Both the position numbers and the translations under genes were made by a program. This document shows positions 25,636-38,059 of a DNA stretch of 64,000 nt, piece by piece. Origin of the DNA: Okamejei kenojei (Eukaryota); contig CM069162.1 in assembly GCA_035221665.1 (NCBI GenBank), positions 23,498,001 through 23,562,000 on the forward strand, read 5' to 3'. The notes beneath the pieces are model-generated. The model was not told the DNA's origin. It worked only from the letters and a program-made list of their open reading frames with translations, and did not search any database. The first letter of the stretch is position 1. Every line of letters begins with the position of its first letter.

Positions 25636-26768
25636 AGATTTAAAATACTTTTTAAACTGCCCGGACCAGAAAGCGAGCGATGCGGGTCCAGGCCAGGGTG
25701 AGTCACTCAAATTAGGCCAACCTCATTATTAGAACGTGTCCAACCTAACTCGATACAACACCAAAACGCGTCCCCAATGAGGAGCGGGGACTTATGCCGG
25801 CTGTTGCCGGGCGGGAGACGCTGTGAGATTCCTGAGCAGAAAATTGTGATTGTGTCAGGACATGGAGATGATTAGCACGGCGCTGGCTTTGAGCGCGGAG
25901 CGTGAAACGGATTTGCCATTTACTACAGAGCGAGAAATGAGCGTTGAATAGCGTCCCCACTATGACACTGGGCGCCAGCCCCGACCGCCCTGACACCCGC
26001 ACACACTCAGCGCCAACAATTTCTCGCTTCATTTTCCGCGGCGGGAGGGTCACCGCCGCCCAAGATGCGGATCCTGACGATGCGTCTCATTTGTCGGCGC
26101 GGAACCAGAAACTGATCAAAGTTACACACACTGTGTATCTGACTGGAGACGGGCGGCGCTTTGTAGGGAGCAACATTCCGCGCTTGTTTTATGGAATCTT
26201 TGCCTCTCGTGATGCACCTCCTTCAGCGTGGAAACAGGCCCTTCGGCCCAACTTGTCCACACCGCCCAGCATGTCCCAGCTACATCAGTGACATCGACCA
26301 GCGTTGGCCCATATCCCTCTAAACATGTCCTTTCCACGAACGTGTCTAAATGTTTCATAAACATTGCAATAGATCTTAAACGCCTCAACTACCTCCTCTG
26401 GCAGCTCGTTCCACACACCCACCACCCTTTGTGTGAAAAAGTTACCCCACAGATTCCTATAAATCTTCTCCACTTCTAAAAGTATTTGCAAAAGTTCATG
26501 CACCAAGGATTATCACCAATTTCCTTTTTTTTAGTAATATTATGGGTTTTGAATCAATTTTTTTTTAAATCGGATTTCTTTCCGCCTCTAACGGTAGGGA
26601 CAGAATCTCCCGTTGTCTTTGATCAGTTGGTGTTCAGTTAATAATTGGTTATGACCTGCTCGTTTTTTGTTTTTTTTTGCTGGGCGTTGATTAATGAAGA
26701 AGAATCCTTTCAACGGCCTGAAGGAAGGAACACTTAATGCAAAGAGTTGACCAACTGACCATTGGCCG
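25636..26768 (+). repeat. Left arm of ~1.15-kb inverted duplication (includes module B copy 2 at 25819-26035)
   Basis: Reverse complement of 49775-50989; matching translated ORFs in both arms (e.g. 25944-26291 vs 50345-50692). Confidence 0.96.
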
Positions 26769-26984
26769 TGTATCTGACTGGAGACGGGCGGCGCTTTGTA
26801 GGGAGCAACATTCCGCGCTTGGTTTATGGAATCTCTCCACATCCAAGGCGGAGTTTAACAATGTAATCTCCTACGTGTCCGGAAAGACGAACTTTATGGC
26901 TGCAAACTCAGACTCAATCCGCCCCCAACCCGAAGCTTAATCAAAAAGCCGAAACACCAAATGTTCTAGGAGCAGAATTAGGAC

Positions 26985-27420
26985 ATGGAATCATGGCTGA
27001 TCTATCTTTCCCTGTCAACCCCATTCTCCCGCCTTCTCGCCATAACCCCTGACACCCTTACTAATCAAGAATCTATCAATCTCCGTCTAAAAAAATATCC
27101 ATCGGCTCTCCTCCACATCACTCTGTGGCAATGAATTCCACAGATCCACCACCCTCGGACTAAAGCAATTCCTCCTCATCTCCTTTGTAAAGGTCCATCA
27201 TTCTATCCTCAGGCTATGGCCTCTGGTCCTAGACTCTCCCACTAGTGGAACCATCCTCCCCACGTCCACTCTGTCCAGGCCTTTCACTGTTCGGTAAGTT
27301 GCAATGAGGCCTCCCCTCATCCTGCTGAAGAGTACAGGCCCAGCGCCGCGAAGCTCTCATCCTACGTTAACGCAATGATCCCTGGGATCATTCACGCAAA
27401 CCCTCCTCTGGACCCTCTCA
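26985..27420 (-). mobile_element. CR1 LINE 3' fragment
   Basis: ggcaatgaattccacagat...ctggtcctagactctcccactagtgg, typical CR1 reverse-strand sequence. Confidence 0.75.
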
Positions 27421-30400
27421 TAAACCACGAGGTCGCAAACGCAAACACCTACCCCCCCCCTCCCCCCCAAGCCCGCCAAACCGAAGCCACCACCAACAAT
27501 GCCCCAGAAGTCGATAAGGTGAAGCCTCCTGGCCCTGTTACTACACACCGGGAGGCAGCCACCATCCTCTCAGTCTGCGAGCGGGCACTGTTCCCTCAAG
27601 CCTATGTGGTCTCCCGGCCAAATCCAAAGGATTACATTTTTTTACACGCCAGGCCAACGAGTAATAAAGTAAGGTTTAGAAACACAACTTTCTGGGAGTA
27701 ACGAATTTCAGCCTCGTTCAGGATCGAACGCATGCATCAGAGGTTGGAAAACAAGCAACATTTATTGAATCTTGAATTCAGTCAATTGGCAAGATCCTGG
27801 CATGCTTGCATCTATGCCAGTATAGATTCCATTGGCTCTGTATCACGACCTGTACCATACACTAGGCGACTCCCCCGCCCGCTCTGCCTCTCCCCCCTAC
27901 CTCCTCCCGCGTTTACACCCAAGGCCTGGACTCAGCTGACCGCTGCCCCCCGACTTGAAGTCACAGAGTCACGGAGTCAGATAATCCGGAGACGGTTTAC
28001 CGGTCCTTTCCCGCCATCTCCTCCAAACTTGGCATCATTTTCCCTCCATTCACTTCACTTCATTCGTTTTCCTTTTCACCCACAAAATATAATTCACAAC
28101 GAAGTCAATCACAAGAGACTCGTTAATATCCATCCTATCATTTAACGAAAGTGAGGTCTCTCCCGTAAATGCTGCTTGTTTAGCGTTTGATGAGGGCGCT
28201 GCTCCCAAAACCACAAACAGAATGGTGCCCGGGAACCGCGTCGATGCGAATCCGCGACTCGCGCTTGCTGCGTTTAAATGGAATAAAACTATAACCCGCA
28301 GCCGAACTGTACACTCCGCAATCTCTTTCCCGCTCTCAAACTGTACACCCTCACCACGTTTATCAAATGTGATGTTTAAGCGACTTTCTTTCTGGCACCA
28401 TCCATGTAATGTTGCCCTGGCATATCATGTCCCACACTAACGTTAACACATATCCGTGCTTTCCCCCCTCTCTCCATCGCTCCCCCATCCGAGTTCTCCG
28501 ACCAGTCTGACTTTACCCATAATTAAATGTTATCTTTACATGCTTCGTTGCCAACTTTCCCCAGCTAACAGTCATCTTCTCTACATTTTCCTTGATCTCC
28601 GTCCAATTTGATGTCTCGTTTTCACACCTTACACTTCCATATCTCTGTGTCTCCCTCTCCCCCGACTCTCAGTCTGAAGAAGGGTCTCCATCCGAAACCT
28701 CACCCATCCCTTCTATCCAGAGATGCTGCTTTACCCGCTGAGTTACTCCAGCATTTTGTATCTATCTTCGGTGTAAACCAGCATCTGCAGTTCCTCCCCT
28801 GACACAGCCCCTCGCGCTTGCAATTTATGTCGCTTTATTTCTCTCAACCAGCTAGGAATAACGACCTGTAGCGTTAATCTTTTTCTCGTCCCACAATTGC
28901 TGCCTGAGCTGCTGAGGGTTTACAATCTTTACTTTTTTAATTTCCGATTTCCAGCATCTGCATAATTGTAAAATATGTTGAGGAGATATCGCTAACGACA
29001 GTGCAGTTACCGCAGTTAGTAAATTGGCATTTGGCCCCCAGATTTTGTGGTAAAGTGGATTGCGAGGAATACTCTGTAATTTACAGAAGGACCTGGACCA
29101 ATTTGTTAAGTGTAAGATATTAAATTTGAGTAAGTTAACCCAGGGTTAGGACTTGCACAGTAAATGGCAGATCCCGGAGAATGTGGCAGAGTAGAGAGGT
29201 ACATGCTTCCCGGAACGTGGTGACATTGGTAAACAATGCGTTGAAGGAGGCGACTGGCATGCTTGCCTTCATCAGTAAAAGGTCCAAAGAAGGGTCTCAA
29301 CCGGAAACCTCACCCGCTCCTTTTCTCCAGAGATGCTACCCGACCCGCTGAGTTACTCCAGCATTTTTTGAGTCTCTCTATTGAGTGCAGAAGTTGGGAT
29401 TATCGTGCTGCGGCTGTACAAGATGTTGAAGAGACCACACTTGGGGAGCACTGGGTGCAGTTCTGGTCGCCCACCAAAAGGAAGGAAATCATAAATCTGG
29501 AAAGGCTGCAGATATGATTCATCAAGATGTTACCGGGACTGGATGGCATGGGGCTGGAGAGACCGGGACATCGGGATATGTAACGACCCGAAACATCGCG
29601 TATCCTTGTTCCAGGGAGATGCTGCCTCATCCACTGAGTTAGTGCAGCACTTCGTGTCTTTTTTATTGTTGCATAAACGAACAAGGCCAGTTCCTCGTAT
29701 CTCCTCGGCTTTTATGACTGGGTAGTCCCACTTGCGCACTTGCTTACTGAGTTACTCCAGTGCATTGTGCCCTTTCCAGTTATAAAACCTGGTCGGCGTG
29801 GACGAGTGGGGCGGCAGAGTCCATTCCGCGCTGAATAAACTCAATAACTTTCCTGATCCAGAAATTGATATCAAACATTAAATAAATCAATTGCTGGAAC
29901 CACGAGCAGATGGAGAGGGAGAGTTTCCATGACTGTCGGATTTCCAATATCTGGAATAATTTACCGTTGCAACTACTGTTCATCGCCACCGAACAGGTTG
30001 TGTGAAGTGGCTCGGTAATATGCAGCGATAGTAAGAGGTTGGTTATGTTACTGGACTCGCGATTCCGAAGACTTCCGAGGCAGTCTGGGAATATCAGCCC
30101 ACATTGTTTAAAGCGCCACAAATAAAGAGCAGGTGTCAGTAAAAGTGACCATAAAGCTGTTGGGTTATTGAAACCCCAGACGCGAGGTTCGATGGTGGTA
30201 ACACTAAAGGACTATTCATCTGGAGATCATGAGTTCAAATCCTCATTTGAATTCACATTCACTCTGGTCAAGAGAGAATCTAATTACCTTTGGTTAATGG
30301 CAACTAATTCACTTCTGAAAGGGGCGATTCAGTCTAGAAGGTGTTATTAGGCGAGAGATAAATGGCCTTTGATTCTCCATTGGAGTTCAGGTCTCGTCAA

Positions 30401-32430
30401 GCGAGCGTGGGCTTGTCAGTTTCACTGTGAGACCCTGTCAATTACAAGGAGATCCTTCTGATCAGAGCTCGGGTCTCATTTGTCTGCCAAATGACTAACA
30501 GGACCCTCTTTAAAATGAACTGGAGAGGTCAGGATGGAGGGAGACTTGGGGTTAGGTTGAGTGAGGGACAGGATAAAATAAAATATAACCGAGCTTTATC
30601 TGAGCAGTAACAGTATCGGAGGAAGCAACCAAATGATCCTCTCTCGAAACTATCTATACCGTATCTGGGCTGGCTTTTAATGAAGTATTGTTTCAATTTA
30701 GACATAAATAAATAAAACCATTTATCCGACTTTATTTTTGGTTGGAAAATCCCCAAACTGCACTCGATGTACTAATACCCGGCTCCAACAACCTCGTTTA
30801 AGGAGCAGAGTCCCACTGTGACGCGGTCTTGTGCCTCTTCCTGGCCCAAACTTCCTAGGAAGATCTAGAATTTACCGTAAACACATTCCAACTCAGTACC
30901 AGGAACTGTTGCCGTCTGCACGTGGGATAGAAACCGCCAATACGGGTTTAAATCAGAGCCCATGGCAAGATTTATATTTTAAAATCAATATTAAAAGTAG
31001 ATTACCTGGGTATAATGTCTATTTTTTTCTGGGAGAGCAACACGGCTTTGGGACGCCGTGATGTATTTCAATGCCTTCAATGGACATGACTTCCTTTCCC
31101 ATCACTGGACACGTACAATATCCTACGTAACCCCGGAGTTGATATTTCACCATCTTGCCTTAGCATCTTTTCACCTGATCTCCCCCTGTTTCCTAAAGGC
31201 ACGCTATCTATTCCTCCCCGTTCCTCTTCCGTCCCCACAAAGAAACATAAAGAGTTGCCCACATATAAAAATCAGCTTCGAATTCAACGCATGCTACCCC
31301 ACTTAGATGGGGACATCTTGGCGTAAGCAAGGACGAGTTGTGCCGAAGGGCCTGTTTCCGTGCTGTATGAATCTGGTCAAACTCCAGGACTATGGCAACA
31401 CTGACAGTGGAGTAAACACGAAAACCAATAACTCGGGCAACTTTCCACTTTAGTGAGAGCAGCGACAAAGAACATCCTCCACAAATGAACGAACGCCGGG
31501 TGAAAGTATTCGCAAATCACCTCCCTTTGGTTTTAAATTGCAAGGTGATTGCCCGATATCACCTTGTCGATAAAGTAAGTAAGTAAGTTTACTGGCCAAG
31601 TATTCACATACAAGGAATTTGCCCTGGTGCTCCGCCAGGTAACAACATGACATACAGTGACAGTTACGAATGACTCAGAAAACACTAAACATTAATAATA
31701 ATAAAACATTAATGATAAAACACCATTGATCAAGCATTGATAAATCTAAACAAAATCCCGATGCAGATACGTGTTAAATCGTGGCCAAGAACTAAAATCA
31801 TTGCGTTATAAATCACAGCATCGCGCAGAATTATGCCATTCGGCCCATCAAGCCTACTCCGCCATTCAATCATGACTGATCCATCTGTCTCCCTCAACCC
31901 CATTCTCCTGCCTTCTCCCCATAATACTGACGCCCACATTCAACCTGCTTTACTGTTCCCCTCTTCCATCCCAATCACACCATGACATCGCCACCCGTTA
32001 CCCTTCAGATATTCCTCTCCAGAGGAAAGCCTGAGCAACCTTTCCTCCTGGTCTAACGCCTACGCCAGCACCGCTTTCTCATTCTTATCATACGCAGAGA
32101 CTAACTCTGGAGTAACTCAGATAGTCACACAGCATCTCTGGTGAAAAGGAATAGGCGATGTTTCGGGTCGAGAATCCTTCTTCAGACAAAATGCTGGAGT
32201 AAATCAGTGGGGCAGGCGGCATCAGACTGAAGAAGGGTCTCGACCCGAAACGTTACCTATTCCTTTTCTCCAGAGATGCTGTCTGATCGGCTGAGGTTTA
32301 TGTGTCTATCCTCGGTTTAAACTAGCATCTGCAGTTCCTTCCTTCACAAGATCATATTGTTCCTCATTTAAACAATATTTTGGAGGGATTCAGAGATGGG
32401 ACATCTCAACCAGAGTCCGCGGCCGGAAAT

Positions 32431-33104
32431 TTGCTCGGTATCTTTAATCTCCTGGGCCAGATGTTGGCCACATCAGCCCACAACAACCCAGGGCAGCTCA
32501 TGTTTAAGAATGGAGGCCGCTCGCTTGATTTTAACTGCGCCTCAAAGACAATGAAGTGTTTGTGCCGGGCCGGCTACAACCTCGCCGCTGCCCCTTCACA
32601 GCCCCTTTCACTCTGCGCCCGCACCCAGTGTGATGTTAATGCGGCTCGTTGGGGCTTCCTCGCCCATTCACAACCCGACCCACCCTTTATGCCTCTAATC
32701 AAACTCGAGTGACTTAAACAAGCTCCGGGAGAGTCCATCGAGCTTGTGTTTGGTCTCCACTTTGTGTCAAAGGCCTGACGCGTGGCAACCCGCTCCCGTT
32801 CCCCACTCGCCACTTTCCTCGCGGTGTCCAGTGGACCGGTGGCGAGATGCAGCCGCGTAGATTGCGCGTCCCGGGTGGCGACTTGTGGTGGTCGTGGCCG
32901 CGGGGTTGGGGGCTGTGGGGAGGCGTTGCTGCGATTTTCCTCGCTGCGAGGCGCCGACCGCGCTGGAGGCTGTTGTCAGGGAACTGGGTCACATCTAATA
33001 TGAGCAACTGGGCCCCCGCCGATTCGCTCCGGATCAGCAAATTGCTCCTTTTGTCCTGGGGGTTTCTTGCGCGAAAAAACGAGCCAGAAGGGAAACTGTT
33101 CTTT
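32431..33104 (+). repeat. Non-coding module A, copy 3
   Basis: Near-identical to A2/A4; shares diagnostic variants and a 3' extension with A4. Confidence 0.95.
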
Positions 33105-33519
33105 TGAATTCGGTGGAAGGCGAAAGTGACTCTCAGGTCTCAGCTAAATCACAACCGGTCGCGGGGGGTGGGGGGGGGGGTGGGATACAGAGAAATCTGA
33201 CGTTACTGTCTGGGTTACTGATGGTGCCCACGCATTAATCGGGAGTTGGTTGGAGGCATAATTAATATTAATCACCTTTTTATTTGCGTTTTTTTGAATT
33301 TATTGTTAGAATGCAGAATTCCCTGCAAGGTCACCGAATCTATAGTTGATTATTTTTGAACGATATTGCCCATATTGCATTGATTAAATGGAGGGACATT
33401 GCTTACTAAAGGAATCCCACCTGTACTAAAGGAGGCAGCATAGAACAACGTTTGGGAGAATGAAGAGGGACCTCATGGAAACGTATCCAATATTGAAGCG
33501 CTTGGATAGAGTGAATGCC

Positions 33520-34690
33520 AAAGGGCCATAAAGTGATACAGCGTGGAAACAGGCCCATCGGCCCAACTTGCCCACACCGGCCAACATGTCCCAACTACAC
33601 TAGTCCAACCTACCCGCGTTTGGTCCATACTCCTCCAAACGTGTCCTATCAATGTACTTGTCTAACTGTTTCTTTATATTTGGGATAGTCCCGGCCTCAA
33701 CTCCCCTCTCTGGCAGCTTGTTCCATACACCCACTACCCTTTGTGTGAAAAGTTATCCCTCATATTACTATTAAATCTATCCCCCTGCACCTTAAACCTA
33801 TGGCATCAGGTCCTCGATTCACCAACTTTGAGCAAGAGACTCTCTGCATCTACCCGATCTATTCCTCTCATGATTTTATACACCTCTATAAGATCGCCCA
33901 TCATCTTCCAGCATCCCAGCCTACTCAACCTCTCCCTTTCGCTCAGACCCACCAGTCCAGGTAACATCCCTGTACATCTTCTCTGTCCCCTTGCCAGTTT
34001 GACAACATCTTTCCTATAACATGTTGCGCGGAACTGAACACAATACTCTAAATGTGGCCTCGCCATCGCCTTATACAACGGCAGCATGACCTCCCAACGT
34101 CTATACTCAATACTCCGATGAAGGCTAATGTGCCAAAAGCCATTTTGACCACCATATCTACCTGTGACACTACCTTCAAGGAACCATGCATCTGCACCCC
34201 CTAGATCCGTCTGCTCTACAACACTTCTCAGAGCAGGCACTTCACAACACTTCACTGTGTAGGTCCTGCCTATGTTAGACTTCCCAACATACAACACCTC
34301 ACATTTCTCTGTATTAAATCCCATCAACCATTCCTCAGCCCAACTGGCCAATCGAACAAGATCCTGCTGCAATTGTTCACAACCACTATATGCAAAACCA
34401 CCCACTTTTGTGTCATCAGCAAACTTGCTAAACGTGCCATGTATGATGACAAACAGTAACGGACCCAACACTGATACCGCAGGTACACCAATAGTCACAG
34501 GCCTCCAGTCCGAGAAGCAACCTCCCACCATCACCCTCTGCCTCCTTCCATGAAGCCAATTTTCTATCCATTTAGCGATCTAACCTTTCAGAGCAGCCTG
34601 CCATGGGGAAACCTGTCGAATGTTTTACTGAAGTCCGTGTATACAACATCGTGCAGCTCTGCCCTCGTCGACCTTCTCGGTCACGTCTTC
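33520..34690 (-). mobile_element. CR1 LINE fragment with reverse transcriptase remnant
   Basis: ORF 33806-34534: SDWRPVTIGVP.VSVLGPLLFVI...SKFADDTKVGG...[10 protein letters not shown]. Confidence 0.92.
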
Positions 34691-34691
34691 A

Positions 34692-35025
34692 AATGTGGAG
34701 AGGATGTTTCAACTAGTAGGAGAATCCAGGACCAGAGGTCGTAGTCTCGGAATTAAAGGAGGTCCCTTTAGGAAGGAGATGAGGAGGAATATCTTTAGTC
34801 AGAGGGTGGTGAATCTGAGGAATTCATTGCCACAGAAAGCTGTGGAGGCCAAGTCAATTGATATTTTTAAGGCGGAGAAGGATAGATTCTTTATTAGTAT
34901 TGGTATCAGAGGTTATTGGGAGAAGGCAGGAGAATGGGGTTAGAGGGAGAGATAGATCAGCCACGAGTGAATCAGGGAGTAACCTTGATGGGCCGAATGG
35001 CCCAATTCCGCTCCTATCACATGAA
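34692..35025 (+). mobile_element. CR1 LINE 3' fragment
   Basis: ERMFQLVGESRTRGRSL...IFSQRVVNLRNSLPQKAVEA. Confidence 0.85.
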
Positions 35026-35269
35026 CGTGGCTGCACGGCGCATGTGCGGGGATCTTGCTGAGATGAGAAACTCGTAGATGTTCGTAAGGGTTGCACAGGC
35101 TGGACTGGTTTATTTGGAACAAAGTGGGCTGTAGAAAGGTGTCAATGAGGTATGGAAAATTATCAACGGCCTCGACAAAATGCCGAGACCTCCTCTAAAC
35201 TGCAGAGGTGTTCAAAAACCACAAGATGTTGATTGCACATTGCTGACATGAGGGGAACCAAGAGTTCCC

Positions 35270-35421
35270 TCACCCCACCCCCCACACCACACACACACAC
35301 ACACACACACACACAACACGTTCCCACTACACCCACACACCACTCACCCCCCCACCCCCCCTCAGCCACACACCCACCCACACACCTCACACACACACAC
35401 ACTCACAACACACACACACCA

Positions 35422-35456
<35 letters not shown>

Positions 35457-35460
35457 ACCC
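35270..35460. repeat. Imperfect (CA)n microsatellite
   Basis: Directly visible. Confidence 0.95.
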
Positions 35461-35804
35461 CAACGATGTCTGCAGGCGTGTGGACGCCCGGAGTTACGGA
35501 ATTAATGTCGAATGTACGTAGAACATGGAACAATACAGAACAGGGAAAGGCCCTTCGGCCCACAATGCCCGTGTCGAACATGTTGCCAAGTTGAACTAAT
35601 CTCCTTTACTCGTGATTCAAACATTTCCATTCCTTGCATATCCTCGCGCCTATCTAAAAAAACTAAGCTGTTAACTGTAGACTCAGGCTGAGTAAATATT
35701 GCACGATGGGCCGAACAGTCTCCCTCCGTGTAGTTAACATCGTCCTGTTCTGCACTAACTGGGGAACGGAACGAGGAGTGGTGATTGGAGGCATTGGTGG
35801 AAGA

Positions 35805-35940
35805 GTGAACCCGGAGCATGGCCGGGAGCGCTGCCAATGAGTGGTGTGGGAAAGGCAGAAACACTAATCGCCGTAACATGGAGAATCTAAACGGCACCGT
35901 CTTCCTTCACAGACAGCTGGCGTCTTTCCAATCAGTACAT
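35805..35940 (+). promoter_or_regulatory. Module C second copy with RBPJ/CSL site and E-box
   Basis: TGTGGGAA 35845-35852, CAGCTG 35914-35919; paralogous to 23757-23890. Confidence 0.6.
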
Positions 35941-36161
35941 CACCCCCTCTCTGTCTCTGCACAAAGAAACGTGGCTCAGGGAAAAGTGCAAGTCGTGAAG
36001 GGGGCGGATGAGGGGGAGGGGGAGGGGGGGGGTTGGGGAGGGTAGGGTTGTTGCAGGGGAGAGGGAAGTGGGTTGGGGAAGAGGGAGGTGGCGGTGGTGG
36101 TTGGGGCAGGGTTTCTGGTTTTTGGTTCTGGTTGAGGACTGCGCAAACACCTAATCAGTGG

Positions 36162-36895
36162 TTATCTGGCGCAGGTCGGAGTGAGTAGAGTAGTGATTAC
36201 ATTTTGAAGTGGGCCTTTTTGACCAAGTTGAGGAGATCTAGTTGCTCGTGTGTCGGGTGGTAACATATTCCACTCCGTTATCGTCCTTGGGTAAAGGGGA
36301 TATTGGTAGCAAAGTTTATTGAAATTTAGCGAGTTGATGATGTAGGGACCGTTATTTTGTCCTGTTTCATGGCAGTTGGTGCTCTGGGGTGACGGGAGAT
36401 TTGATGACTTGATTTTGTGAATCTCCGTGTAAATTGCAATAAGTCTTAGCCTGATTCTGTGGAGCTCTAGAGTATCCCATCCCAGAGAAGTGAGTATATT
36501 ATTCACGCGTGATTTACGCTTGTGGTCATTACATACAGAGCGGGCCGCGCGGCGTTGTTGGATCTCCAGGGTGATCTTCTTCTTGTTGTTGAAAGGATCG
36601 CAAACGGCTCCACAATTGTCCAATTTGGGCCTGACCAAGGACTTGTAGGCATTCTCTTTGACGGATGTACCACATGCGTGAACATTTCTCTTGAGATGGC
36701 CGAGAGTTCTATTTGCCTTGTTAGACACTTGACTAATATGTGTCGCCCAACTTAAATCTTTCCTTAATTCGACTCCTAGATATGGGTGATGGTCGACAGC
36801 AAGCAATGTGTGGCTACCCATGTTGTATTCCGATAAAGGTGGTTTGATCTTGTGTGAGACATGCGTGGTATGACATTTGGTTGTATTGAATGATA
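36162..36895 (-). mobile_element. Non-LTR retrotransposon ORF2 C-terminus of a CR1/L2-group lineage distinct from the resident CR1s
   Basis: ORF 36162-36821: YLGVELRKDLSWATHISQVSNKANRTLGHLKRN...AYKSLVRPKLD...QRRAAR...YPRTITEWNMLP. Confidence 0.85.
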
Positions 36896-36942
36896 TCTGC
36901 CAGTTTTTTCCCCACTCACAGAGAGCATACCGATCCAGGTTT

Positions 36943-37315
36943 GAGAGGGGGAGTGGTGGGAGAGGGGGGGGAGTGGGGGAGAGGGGGAGTGGGGGAGTGT
37001 GGCGAGTGGGGAATGGGGAGAGTGGGGGGAGAGGGGGAAGGGTGCGTGGGAGGGAGTGGGGGGGGAGAGAGAGTGAAGAGGGGGAGAGAGGAGGAGAGGG
37101 GGAGAGAGAAGGAGAGAGGAGGGGGAGAGGGGGAGAGGGGGGAGAAGGGGGGAGAGGGGAGGAGGAGAGAGGGGGAGCGGTGAGGAGAGGGGGGAGGAGC
37201 GGAGAGAGAGGGGGAGGAGGAAGGTGGGAGAGAGAGGAGAAGGAGTGTGGGAGAGGAAGGGGATGGGGATGCGAGGAGGAAGGATGGGGGAGGATGGGGG
37301 GGGGGGGTGGGGGGT
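36943..37315. repeat. G/A-rich low-complexity tract
   Basis: Directly visible. Confidence 0.95.
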
Positions 37316-38059
37316 CCCCTCCCTCCCCTCCGAAAGGTGGGAGGAGATATATATATTGAACCTACCCCACTTTTTCTCCTTCAGCTTTTTTCTCTTTTCT
37401 CGTACTTAGGCGGGGCGCCACAAGAGAGTGACAGCGACGGCCCAGGTGCAGTGCACCATCCCCGGGAGATGGAGCCCCCGACCGGAGGTGACCACTGGCC
37501 AGGTTGCTCTGAGCTGCAGCGTGCGGTGCTCTCTGGGCTGCGGTCCGTCACTAAATCACAGCAATAGCTGCACTTCAAGAGTACTTGACTGGTTGTAAAA
37601 GGACGTCCAGGCGTTGTGAAGGGGGCTATAGACATGCTAATCATTTCTCTATTAACATGTGTAGATATAAACAAGTGTCTTTTGACAGGCAGCTAACGCG
37701 CACAGTGAAGCTTTCCGCCGCATTTCGTCTTGTCTGCTGCTCCCCCGATAAAAACAAGCCCCGGCGGCGGCTCTGCCATTCTAGGGGATAATACCTCCTT
37801 AGAAAGTTCACGAGTGATAGGATCGGAATTAGGCAAATCAGCTGATCAGGTCCACTCCGCCATTCAATCATGGATGATCTATCTCTTCCTCTTTCACCCA
37901 ATAACCACAGACACCTGTCCTAATCAAGAATCTGCAAATATAAAAATATCCATTGACTTGGCCCCCACAGCCTTCTATGGCAACGAACGCCACAGATTCA
38001 CCGCCATAATGTGAATGTAACCCTGCTTATTAATTGGCATCACAAACCATCTCCATTCT

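Noticed and set aside
37370-37567. Polypyrimidine tract plus ttag followed by GC-rich sequence as an orphan exon
   Set aside because: No recognisable peptide in the frames examined, and the 3' side runs into a Deu-SINE tail remnant (about 37570-37640).
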